Shown here piece after piece: positions 1-10,730 of a DNA stretch of 64,000 nt (its first letter is position 1; every line of letters starts with the position of its first letter). The DNA lies in the NCBI RefSeq assembly GCF_004010195.1, contig NC_057720.1:31476831-31540830 (forward strand). Reading direction: 5' to 3'. The stretch is from Chiloscyllium plagiosum (taxonomy: Eukaryota). The position numbers and the translations under genes are program-made. The notes under the pieces were generated by a model. It was not told where the DNA came from, did not search any database, and saw only the letters and a list, made by a program, of their open reading frames with translations.

Positions 1-320
1 GCACTGTCCCCATGACTTGTCCGGACTTGTCCTACCTGCCTATCTCCTTTTCCACCTATCCACTCCACCCTCTCTTCCCTGACCTATTATCGTCATCCCC
101 TCCCCCACTCACCCATTGTACTCTATGCTACTTTCTCCCCACCCTCACCCTCCTCTAGCTTATCTCTCCACGCTTCAGGCTCACTGCCTTTATTCCTGAT
201 GAAGGGCTTTTGCCCGAAACGTCGATTTCGCTGCACCTTGGATACTGCCTGAACTGCTGTGCTCTTCCAGCACCACTAATCCAGAATCTGGTTTCCAGCA
301 TCTGCAATCATTGTTTTTAC
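1..320 (+). mobile_element. Penelope-like element 3' terminal region
   Basis: Same terminal sequence as the copies attached to GIY-YIG coding remnants at 8018-8990 and 47536-48860; contains the hammerhead motif at 196-223. Confidence 0.75.
192..227 (+). ncRNA. Minimal type I hammerhead ribozyme motif (Penelope-associated)
   Basis: CTGATGA(196-202)-A-GGGC TTTT GCCC-GAAAC-GTC(221-223). Core boxes intact, 4-bp stem II, palindromic ACGT stem III, weak stem I (attc/gatt). Confidence 0.7.
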
Positions 321-464
321 CACTCTGTTTTCTTTGTTGTCATTTCTGGTGCCTCGTTCGATGCCAGCTTGTCAGTCTGCTTTCATTCCTTTTTTGAGAC
401 TTTCTAGTAATTGCTACAAAGGAAAGTTAAAAATCAATAACATTGCAGTTGGTCTGGAGTCACC

Positions 465-625
465 AATTATAACATTTAAGAAGCATCTGGATGGGTATAT
501 GAATAGGAAGGGTTTAGGAGGATATGGGCCAAATGCTGGCAAATGGGACTAGTTCAGTTTAGGATACCTGGTCAGCATGAGTTGGACTGAAGGGTCTGTT
601 TCCATGCTGTACATCTCTATGACAT
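465..625 (+). mobile_element. CR1-clade LINE 3' end fragment
   Basis: Encodes ITFKKHLDGYMNRKGL.GYG, a typical CR1 ORF2 C-terminus, followed by the 3' tail shared with other copies (35450, 42710, 60540). Confidence 0.7.
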
Positions 626-689
626 CTAGGACAGATCAAGTAAGGATGGCAGTTTCCTTCCCTAAAGGATATTAATGAACCAAGATCGC

Positions 690-1005
690 TACAGTGCAGA
701 AAGAGGCCATTCAGCCCAACAAGTCTGCACTGACCCTCCGAAGAGCATCCCATACAGACCAACTCCCCCAACCGATCCCCATAACCCCACATGGTTAATC
801 CATCTAACCTGCACATGGGGCAATTTTGTTTAGCATGGCCAATCACTTCTTTAGACTATGAGAGGAAACCGGAGCACCTAAAGGAAACCCACACAGACAC
901 AGGGTGAACACGCGAGCTTCCAGACAGTCACCCGAGGCTGGAATCCAACCTAGGTCCCTGGCACTGTGAGGCAGCTGCACTAATCTCCCTGTGCCACCAT
1001 GCTGC
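690..1005 (-). mobile_element. tRNA-derived SINE (HE1/V-SINE-like)
   Basis: The minus strand begins gggcagcatggtggcacag...gctgcctcacagtgccagggacctaggtt; similar to the copies at 12640, 21061, 50405 and 52115. Confidence 0.75.
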
Positions 1006-1044
1006 CCTATGGCTATTTCCATTGTCCTGTGTCACAGAGAGTTG

Positions 1045-1480
1045 CCACCCTGAGTCCAGGCTACCTCAGATCTTTATTACAATTCACAAAAGGCCTGGTT
1101 GGATCCTTAAGAACAAGGAATAACCTTTGAAGAGAAGAGTAGGATATCCGGACAGAGTTTGTGAGGCAATGAAATCAATCACATTTGTTTGGTAGTGCAA
1201 ACATTAAGCAGGCCGTCCAGCTTCTGAAGGTACAATCTGCTGCCTGAACTGGTCTGTGGTCATCCCAACTGTCCTGCAATGATCTCAGTCACTCTGGTGG
1301 CCTGCTCTACAGTCCATAACATGGATATAGGTACACTGAAGCAACAGCAGGGCTTTCAGCCTGTTGAACCGCACCTTAATGAAGGTGAAAGCCTGTAAGA
1401 TTATATTCCATCCAGGGAGGAATATGAGCAGGAAGTAAGAGAGAAAGAAGAATTGGAGTCAGAGGGGGAAATGACAGAAT
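1045..1480 (+). mobile_element. Degenerate PIF/Harbinger (HARBI1-type) transposase fragment
   Basis: Broken frames read ESRLPQIF...GWILKNKE*PLKR...ANIKQAVQLLKVQ.CCLNWS...TLVACSTVHNM, then an acidic run (EEYEQEVREKEELESEGE). This parallels the Harbinger C-terminal pattern GWLLGD.GYPL...IE..IGLLK.RFRCLD.S...ACC.LHN. Confidence 0.6.
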
Positions 1481-1599
1481 TGTTACAGTGCAAGGACACT
1501 GCTAGGTCCATTGTGTTTGCACTGGCTTTCCAAATGAGCATTCTGTCTTAGTGGTATCCTTTATTTTGTACTGTCTCTCCATGTCCTTTGTACCATAAT

Positions 1600-2150
1600 G
1601 CATCGTCTCACATTTTTCCACATTGAATCCATAATTCCTTTTGAATTTCTACACAGACCCCCTCACATTTTACAATGCTTTATATAATCCACAAACTTTG
1701 AAATTGTCACCTGACCATCAAAATACACATCACTAATGTGTATCAGGAAAAGCAAGGGTCTCAATACTGACTCCTGGGGGCCTCTACGATTTCCTCTAGC
1801 CTGATAAATATCAATTGACCATTACTCTGTTTTTTATTGCTCAGCTATATTATTACAGGCCCTTTTATTCCATAAGCTACAACTTTCCTCAAAATTTCTT
1901 ATGTGGCAGTGCATCAAAGGTCTTTTGAAAGTCAATGTACACATCAACAGCATTACCTTCATCAATCATTTCTGTTACCTTTTCAGCAAACTTCATCAAG
2001 TTAATCAAATACAACTTTCCTATAGAAAGCCATGCTGGCTCACCCGAAACAATGCACCGTTTTCCATCAATAATTATTTCTAGAACAGTTTCCACCACTG
2101 AAGTTAAACACACTAGTCTGTAATTCCTGAGCTTATCCTTAAAACCTTTT
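1600..2150 (-). mobile_element. CR1-clade LINE reverse-transcriptase fragment
   Basis: ORF 1889-2179(-) reads NYRLVCLTSVV...LINLMKF.EKVTEMIDEGNAVDVYIDFQKTFDALPHK. Confidence 0.8.
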
Positions 2151-2889
2151 CCAAATGAGAACAAGATCAGATTGAGCAAAGAAATGCCCTGCCGTATGAC
2201 AGGCTCCTCCTGTCACCTTCTCGAAAGGGGATCTTCAACCTTAATCCCTTAGCATTGGCATGGTGATAGCTGCCATAGGGAGTCTAAATGAGAACAATTT
2301 CAGTTCTCACTTTCTGCCTCCTTAAAAAAAATTCAGCCTGTCTTTTAATTCTCATGAGCACTGAGGCACAAAATTAACATAGACAATGGGGCAGGTTTAG
2401 ATCTTTGAGCCTGAGACCCCATTCAATATGATCATAGAAAATGCACCACAAATACCACATTTATTTAAACAATTTAATGTTTTCACAGTAATCATAAAAT
2501 TGGAAGATGACATTGAAATATTTAGGTCCAAGATGGCAGCAGAGTAGGACTCCTGTGCCACAGTCATCTACTCTGACTGTTTTTCTTTCTTGTTTTCTTG
2601 TTTTTTTTTGTTTAGTTTTGCTTTCCTTTACTCACCTTCTGGAGGGAACTTGGTCATGGAGGCAGCAATGGCATAGGCAGCAGCTAAGGGCTTTGGCAGT
2701 TGGCACACAAGTTGAGCCTGGGCAGAACTTTGGCGGTCAGCAGCATCACGCTTTCTTCAAGGTCCAGAGTGGAACCAGATTGGGGCACCAGCAGGAGTGC
2801 AGGAGCACACAGCTGGCAGCGAGAGCAGGAGTACGCAGCCTAGGTGGCAGCAGCAGGAGAAGGAATAGGCTGCAAGGTAATGACAGGAG

Positions 2890-5407
2890 GCAGCCCAGAA
2901 TCCACTCCACCAGACCACCGAACCACTCAGATGTAAGAAACCTGCGAGGAAGCGGAGTAAGCGTGCCGGCCTGCTAGTAAGACTGAGACTACGCGGTTCA
3001 AGACTCCCCCTTCGTAACTTACTCCTAGCAAATGTACAATCTCTGGAGAACAAGATGGACGAACTCAGATCACGGCTAAGCTTCCAGCGTGAACTGCGGG
3101 ACTGCTGCGCACTCTGGTCCACAGAAACCTGGCTCAACCCATCCATTCCCAATTGCGCACTTCAGGCTGATGGTTTTTCTATCCATCATATGGACCGTAC
3201 AGCGTCCTCAGGTAAGACAAAGGGTGGAGGGGTTTCCTTTTTAATCAACAACTGGTGGTGCATGGACATTGCAACTCTGAACAGTCATTACTCCCCAAAT
3301 CCTGAACTATTGCTGCTATACTAACTGCTGTGTACATACCTGCACAAGCAAAGGTTGAGGAAGCTCTGGATGTACTGTACTTCACCACTAATATCCTGGA
3401 GACGGAACACCCCGAGGCCCCGTTTATTGTGACTGGCAACTTCAATCAAGCCAATCTAAAGAAGGTGTTGCCCAAGTACCACCAGAACATTACCTGCCGC
3501 ACCAGGGGCCCGAACATTTTAGACCACTGCTACACCACTGGGAAGGCTGCCTACCACTCCATCCCCCGCCCTCATTTTGGGAACTCCAACCTCAACAGCC
3601 AAGGACCAATACCGATCCAAACTGGAGACCCAGACAGACATCCAGCGACTATGGCAAGGACTGAATGACATCACAGGTTCTAAAAAGAGACAGTGCAAGA
3701 TAGCAAACAATGACATATCCCTTCCAAATTGTCTCAACTCCTTCTATGCTTGCTTTGAGCAGAATTTCGGCAGAGAGGTAACACCTATACCAACAAGTTC
3801 TGACGAACCTATCCTAACAGTCACTGCATCAGAGGTTAGATCAGTTTTCCTTCATGTAAATCCAAGGAAAGTGATGGGACCAGGTGGAGTATCAGGCTGT
3901 GCACTCAGAGCATGCACAGATCAACTGGCAGAGGTGTTCTCGGACATCTTCAACCTCTCCCTACAGCAGGCCATTGTCCCTGCCTGTTTCAAGAGGAGAA
4001 AGTGAGGACTACAGATGCTGGAGATCAGAGCCGAAAATGTGTTGCTGGAAAAGCGCAGCAGATCAGGCAGCATCCAAGGAGCTGGAGAATCGACGTTTCG
4101 GGCATGAGCGCTTTCTTCCTTGGATGCTGCCTGACCTGCTACGCTTTTCCAGCAATACATTTTCAGCTCTGTTTCAAGAGGGCCAACATCATCCCTGTGC
4201 CTAAGAAGGCTCATGCAGCATGTCTCAATGACTACCGCCCAGTGGCCCTAAGGCCATTGGGGAAGAAGAGAGGCCATACCACTTGCCCTTCACAGCTCCC
4301 TAGAACAGAATGCTATTTTGACTATAGTTCAGCCTTCAACACTATTATCCCCTCGAGACTGAATACTGAATTAAGTGATCTCAGACTAAGCGCCACTCTC
4401 TGCAACTGGATCCTCAGTTTCCTGACCCACAGGCTACAATCATTGAAGATTGGGGACAATATTTCATTGTCACTAACACTCAACACTGGAGCCCCCCCCA
4501 AGATGTTCATACTCAGCCCCCTATTGTACTCACTGTATACCTATGACTGCGTCGCCAAATACCAGACTAATGCCATTTACAAGTTCGCTGATGACACCAC
4601 CATTGTCAGTCGAATTTCAGATGGCGATGAAACAGACTACAGACAGGAGGTGGAAGACCTGGAAAAATAGTGCACTGAGAACAAGCTAACTCTCAATGCC
4701 AGCAAAACCAAGGAACTCATTATTGACTTTCGGCGGAATGTTACTCATGCTCCCCAACCCATTAACAGCAGAGGTGGAATGAGTGGAGAGTTTCAAGCTC
4801 CTGGGAGTAGTTATCCAAAACAAGCTTTCTTGGACTCTTGGACTGTGGATGCACTGGTTACAAGGCCCAACAATGTCTCTTCTTCCTCAAGCAGCTGAGG
4901 AAATTTGGCATGACGGCGAATACTCTTGCCAACTTTTATAGGTGCGCCATCAAGTGCATTCTGTCTGAATGTATCACTACCTGGTACGGCAACTGTACCA
5001 TTCAAGATCGGAGATGGTTGCAGAGAGAGGTGAACTCAGCCCAGACAATCACAAAGGCCAACCTCCCATCTACAGAATCCATCTACCAGGCCCACTGTCA
5101 AGGAAAGGATGCCAGCATTCTCAAAGATCCATCCCACCCTGGCAATGTTTTTCTCCAACCTCTACTGTTGGGGTGAAGGTATAGAAGCCTGAACACATGC
5201 ACCAGCCAGTTTCCTAACAGTTTCTACCCTACTGTTGTTAGAATATTGAATGGACTCACAAACTCTTAACATTTGCCTGTACCTGTGTTTTTGTTTTTGC
5301 CGCTGTTTACCTATTATTTACTATGTGATCTATCTGTTTTGCTCGCAAGACCAAGCTTTTCACTGTGCCTCGGTATACATGACAATAAATTCAATTCAAT
5401 TCAATTC
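2890..5407 (+). mobile_element. Rex1/Babar-like non-LTR retrotransposon, degenerate and internally deleted
   Basis: APE endonuclease (LLANVQSLENKMDELR...TETWL...GGGV...GNFN...LDH) and RT motifs (PACFK/RANIIPVPKK..CLNDYRPVAL, DYSSAFNTI, KFADDT). Ends in AATAAA plus a (TTCAA)n tail at about 5385-5407. Frameshifts and stops present. Confidence 0.85.
3997..4168. mobile_element. Short fold-back Penelope-derived insertion inside the Rex1-like LINE
   Basis: 13-bp direct repeat CTGTTTCAAGAGG at 3984-3996 and 4169-4181; internal inverted arms. Removing the insert restores PACFKRANIIPVPKK. Confidence 0.85.
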
Positions 5408-5849
5408 AGGTTAGCAGCAGGACTAAGGTCAAGCCTGAAGCTGGTGAAGTCAAGCCCTTGAGAGGAGTGCGAGGCCGACACACTCAGGTGCTTATTGACT
5501 GTAGCGTTGAGCTGTTAATTGAACTGTTAACACCTCCAAATCAGAACTGTTAATTGTGTTTCTTTGTTTTTCCACTTTTTATTAAGAACTATGATGTTTA
5601 ACTTTTTAACTTTGTTTTCTTTATTTTTACGCATTGTACCTAAGATTCTGTACCTAGATACCTTTGTACCAGAGATGGTGCCATAAACGGTGAGATGTAC
5701 TCATGTGGGTACATGTGTCAATAAACCTAATCCAATTAAGTTCATGCACAATTTAATCCATTGCACCTCTTGGATGTTAACATTCACCTGGCCTAATTAA
5801 CACTACAATACACGATGATCTGATCTTTCTAGGGGGTGTGACCGTTTAC

Positions 5850-6560
5850 TGTACTGAGCTTGGCATACTTAAAGGCACTGTTTAGATACAGAATTCGATC
5901 TTCAGCGAGGTGTCTGAGAAGTGCACCCTCCCCTTTAAGCGGTTACTATAAAGGAAGGCGGGCTGAGCATGGACGCTTGCGCATGTTCAGTACTGCAGGG
6001 TTGGCGCGCGCTGTTTTGAAAGTTGTTCGGTTTGGCTGTTACTGTCACTGCTGACGGGTTTTTGTGCGTTTAATTCGGTTAGTGCGAGAGAATGGCTCAA
6101 CATTTCGAGCATGTGAAAGTGGGGCTTATTGTAAAAATTCAACGCAGCAATGGTAAGGAATTATTTACTTTTCAATCGACGTGATTGTGATGCGTTCTGA
6201 ACTAAACGGGCTGACCTGGTTTTAGAGCCGGTTGGGCCTGGACTCTTCCTTATGTTCGAGTCGAGGTACCTAAAGTGCTTTATAGCCGTTTGTAGATTAG
6301 GCGGTGGTGTTTGGGGGATGAAAATAAGCGAAACGCACAAAAAAAGCGATGTAGTTTGCGGCAACGCACATGCGCACTGGTGTGGTTTTTTTGAATTAAT
6401 CCGCCGTGGTGACGTCATTGTGCTTTGTCCTGCCCGAATCCAGTAGCCTGGCGCTGGTTGGCTGCCTCGCGCATTGTGACGTAAGTGCCCGCTCGCTATT
6501 GGGCAGTGCTTGCCTTTGATCATATTATCACAGTTTGAATTGACAGCGTGGTCCCCAGTG
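5850..6560 (+). promoter_or_regulatory. CpG-rich promoter and first-exon region of the kinesin-13 gene
   Basis: Visibly high CpG density compared with the CpG-depleted remainder. TTGGCGCGCG-CTGT-TTTGAA at 6001-6020 (E2F/CDE plus CHR arrangement), TGCGCATG NRF1-like motif near 5978, CRE TGACGTCA at 6410-6417. Confidence 0.75.
6092..6152 (+). CDS. KIF2C: Kinesin-13 exon 1 (MAQHFEHVKVGLIVKIQRSN-G)
   Basis: ATG at 6092 in a CpG-rich region; 61 nt; donor AATG|gtaagg; phase 1; resembles the KIF2C N-terminus GLAIKIQRSNG. Confidence 0.9.
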
Positions 6561-7289
6561 AGGGAATACTGTGCTCTATGATGTATGTGACATGATCGGC
6601 AGATCTTTCAACTTCGCACACTTTTTTAAAAAAAAATACGTTTGCATTGATTTAAAATCTACTCCTTTCGACTCTAAAGATGAAAGCGAAATGCGTAACA
6701 TGTACCAATTCCTACGCTGTATTAGTGACTGCGCTTCATGAATTGGTTGTAAAACGCTTTCAAACGTGTGGTTATGAACAGCGCAATGTCACTTCCAGTC
6801 TTAACGTAGCCGGTTTGACTTGGGACTACTGTAACTAGTTGCTCTGTATTCAGATGGAGTTCTTGTAGCTCGCGATAATTTTTTCCTTAAAAATCAACAA
6901 TTTGGCTCTTCATTCACAACTACGTAAAACATTTGTTTTGACTTAGTGGGGCTGGAGTAAATCAGAAGTATTGCTGCGCAGACAGTGACCATTGAGCCCA
7001 AACTGCCTGTGTCGGCTGTTCAACTGAACCTCATCACCCAGTGGCAGTCATTCATCATTCCCACCATCCCACCAACATACCCTCGCTCACTAGTTCCAAA
7101 TAGGTTATCCAAAGCAATCCTTTTTTAATTTAAAAAAAAACTCAATTGAACTTTTCTGTCTTCACATATAAAGCTTGCTGCTTTTGCACACCATTTTGAA
7201 TGTGTCCTTCTGTTCTAATGTATATTGAGTTCTCCCTATTTACAACTATTCCAGATTGCTAATGTATAATGTGAAGAGTAACTGAAGAC

Positions 7290-8005
7290 ATTGTTGCAAG
7301 TTTCAAGATGACTCTGAAACTGATGGGGCAGATAATGTTGAGGATGCAGGAAGCTGCAGAAGGATTTTGACATGCCAGGAAAGTGGGCAAAGAAATGATA
7401 GGAAAAAATGCTGGAAAGAGTGAGATTATGTACCTTGGGAGGAAGAATTCCAGTGTAGATTCATTTCTAAATGAGGAAAGGTTTTGGAAATCTGAAACAC
7501 AAGGGACTTAAGTCTTGATTCTCCTTTGGTTAACATGCAGGTTCACTTGGCAGTTTGGAAAGCAAATGCAGTGTTTGCCTTCATTTTGAGGGGGCTAGAA
7601 TGTGAGAGCAGGGATGTACTGCTAAGTCTGTACAATGCTCTGGTCAGCCACCTTTGGAATATTGTGAATAGTTTGAGTCCCATCATTAAGGAACAATGTG
7701 CTGGTGATGGAGGGGATCCAGTGGAGGTCCACAACGATCGTGGGAATGAAGTGTCATATTGAAGAGTGGAACTCAGAAGGTTGAGTGGTCTTATTGAAAC
7801 TTCTAGCCTACTGAAAGGCCTGGATAGAATAAATGTGGCGAAGATGTTCATGTTGGGAATGACTTGGGCCTGAAGGCACAGCCTCATAGTGAAGGGGCAT
7901 CTCTTTAGAATTGAGGAGGAATTTCTTCCTCCAGAGGGTGGTGAATCTGTGGAACTCATTGCTGCAGAAGACTGTGGAGGCTAAATCAGAATATCTTTAA
8001 GGCAG
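7290..8005 (+). mobile_element. CR1-clade LINE 3' ORF2 fragment
   Basis: Encodes KANAVFAFILRGLE..SRDVLLSLYNALV and the downstream CR1 C-terminal region. Confidence 0.7.
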
Positions 8006-8017
8006 ACCTGCACTCGT

Positions 8018-8995
8018 GGAGAAAGTGAGGACTGCAGATGCTGGAGATCAGAGTCTGGGATGCTGGAAAAGCACAGCAGGTCAGGCAGCATCCAAGGAGC
8101 AGGAGAATTGACTTTTCAGGCATAAGCTCTTCCACAGGAATGTGGGTGATGGAGCTGAGAGATAAATAAGGGTTGAGGTAGCTGGGCTAGGTTAGAGAGG
8201 TGGGTGGAGTGGATAGGTGGGAAGGAAGATGGACAGATATGGCAGTTCAAGAGGGCAGTGCTGAGTTGGAGGGTTGGATCTGGGATGAGGTGGGGAGGAG
8301 AGATGAGGAAACTGGTGAAGTCAACATTGACATGTGGTTGGAGGATCCCAAGGCAGAAGATGTGTTCTTTCTCCAGGTGTTGGATGGTTTGGATTTGGCA
8401 GTGGAGGAGGCCTAGGACTTGCATGTTCTTGGTGGAATGGGAGTGAGATTTGAAGTGTTTGGCTACAGGCTACTGGGGTTATGGTGTGTCTCTGAAATGT
8501 TTCATGAGTTGGCATCCTGTCTCCCCAATGTAGAGGAGACCACATTGAGAGCAATGAACACAGTAGATGAGGTGTTTGGATATGCAGGAAAATCTCATCC
8601 TGATGTGGAAGGATCCTTTTTAGATGTTGGATGGAGATCAGGGGCAGGTTTTACACCGTGGTGGTGGTGGTGGTGGTGGTGGAAGAAGGATGGTGGGTTG
8701 GTGGGAGGCACAGACGTAATGAGGGTTGTGGAGGGAATGGTCTCTGTGGAATGCTGATAGGGATGGGGAGGGAAATATCTCTATTGTGGTCTGATTTGTA
8801 GGTGGCAGACATGGTGGAGAATAATGCGCTGTATCTGGAAATTAATGGAAGTGGAAGTGAGGACCAGGGGAGTTCTATCCTTGTTGTAGTTAGAGAGATA
8901 GTGTTCAAGGGTGGCGATGCAGGACGTGGAGGTGATGTACTGGAGAGCATTGTTGATCATGTCGGAAGAGAAATTATGGTCCTTTGAAATAGGTT
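8018..8995 (-). mobile_element. Penelope-like element 3' fragment (GIY-YIG region plus terminus)
   Basis: The minus strand encodes YNKDRTPLVLT... and MQVLGLLHCQ...LEKEHIFCLGILQPH.NVDF; family terminus at 8018; (TGG)n at about 8658-8681. Confidence 0.8.
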
Positions 8996-9284
8996 CTTGG
9001 CTTACAACAGGATTAAGCATCATGGGGTGAAAGCAGGGAATGGGATTGAGAAACATATCAGCCATGACCAAATGGCACAGCAGACTTGACAGGCCGAATG
9101 GCCTAATTCTGCTCCTATAACTTATGGTCTTTTGTTATATCCAGCCTGGTCAGATTTTGAAAATCACTACCAAATTTCCTCCTAACCTCCTCTACACAAG
9201 GACAGTTTAATTTCAATTTATCCTCAATTGAAATTTCTCATTTTGGGAACTATATTCTTGAAAATGACTTTTACACTGAGTCAT

Positions 9285-10090
9285 ACAGGTGTACAGCATG
9301 GAAGCAGACCTTTCAGTCCAACTTGTCCATGCTGACTAAACATTCTATATTAATCCAATTCCATTTGTCTGCATTTGGCTAATATTCCTGTAAACTATCC
9401 TATGCATATACCCATGCAGAAGACTTTTAAATGTTGCAATTGTACCAACCACGTCTGGCAACTCATTCCATACACACAACTCTCTACATGAAAAAGTTGC
9501 CCTTTAGGTCCTTTTTTAAATTTGGCCCTCATCATAAACCTATGCCCTCTAGTTTTGGACTCTCCATCCTGGGGAAAAGATTTTGATATTCACCATAACC
9601 GTGCCCCTCCTGATTTTATAAACTTCTTTACGGTTGCACCTCAACTTCCCACAGTCTAAGGAAAATAGCCCTACCTATTCAGCCTCCCAATAGTTCAAAT
9701 GTGTCAGTTCTGGTGACCTACTTATACATCATCTATGAGCCCTTTCAAGTTTCGCAACGTCTTTCCTATAGCAGGGAGACTAGAATTGAATGCAGTATTC
9801 CAAAAGCAGTCTACCCCATTCTTGAACAGCTGCAACACGACCTCCCAACTTTTCTACTCAACGCACTCACCAATAAGTGTAAGCATACAAAATGTCATCT
9901 TTAACCTGCCTACCTGCAACTCTGCTTTCAAGGAACCATGAATTTGCCCCCAAGGTCTTTGTTTGGCAACACTCCCCAAGACCTTGCCACTAAGTATGTA
10001 AGTTCTGCCCTGATTTGTTGTATCAAAATGCAGCATCTCATTGTGTAAATTATATTCCATTTGACACTCCTCTGCATGTTTGCCCATCTA
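9285..10090 (-). mobile_element. CR1-clade LINE 3' fragment
   Basis: Shares the 3' tail and ORF2 C-terminus with the copies at 10180, 29840 and 42710. Confidence 0.75.
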
Positions 10091-10179
10091 GCTCAGGTCA
10101 CACTTTTACCAAAAGTGGCACCCTTGACTGTACACACCACTCTAGTTGAAGTTGAACAAGTGTCTTATAAGTTTGACAT

Positions 10180-10730
10180 CTAGAGGCAGATGTACAACAC
10201 AAACAGACCCTTTGGTCCAACTTGTCCATGTCAACCAGATATCCTAAAGTAATCCATTTGCCAGTACTTGGCACATATCTCTCTAAACCCATCTAGATGC
10301 CTTTTAAATGCTGTATTGTACCAGCTTCTACTATTTCCTCTGGCAGCTCATTCTGCACACGCATCACCCTCTGCATCAAAACATTTGCCTCTTGGGTCCC
10401 TTTTTTAAATCTTTCCCCTTACCTTAACCCTATGCCCTCTAGCTCTGGATTCTCCACACCAGAGCTTCTATTTACCCTATTCATGCCCCTCATGATTTTA
10501 TAAACCTCTATAAGGTTGCCCCTCAACCTCTGACACTCGAGGGAAAATAGCCGCAGCCTTCGTCTTTCCCTATAGCTCAAACCCTCCAGGGAAAATAGCC
10601 GCAGCCTTCGTCTTTCCCTATAGCTCAAACCCTCCAAACCTGGCAACATTCTTGTAAATCTTTTCTGAACCCTGTGAAGTTTAACAACATCTTTCCTGTA
10701 GGAGGGATACCAAAATTACACATAATACTC
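10180..10730 (-). mobile_element. CR1-clade LINE 3' fragment with an internal 48-bp tandem duplication
   Basis: Encodes MLPGLEGLSYRER..LRLFSLE..RLRGNLIEVYKIMRG; exact repeat at 10540-10587 and 10588-10635. Confidence 0.8.

Noticed and set aside
2507..2977. 156-aa ORF with a hydrophobic N-terminal stretch
   Set aside because: The hydrophobicity comes from a T-rich tract and the ORF runs into the LINE; no recognisable domain or splice support.
3055..5176. ORFs with endonuclease and reverse-transcriptase motifs as a possible host gene or retron/DGR-like system
   Set aside because: They are frameshifted pieces of a Rex1/Babar-like LINE with a microsatellite tail in a vertebrate context.
6161..6523. 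120-aa minus-strand ORF suggesting a divergent or antisense gene at the promoter
   Set aside because: Expected in GC-rich sequence; non-ATG start and no recognisable motif or further exons.
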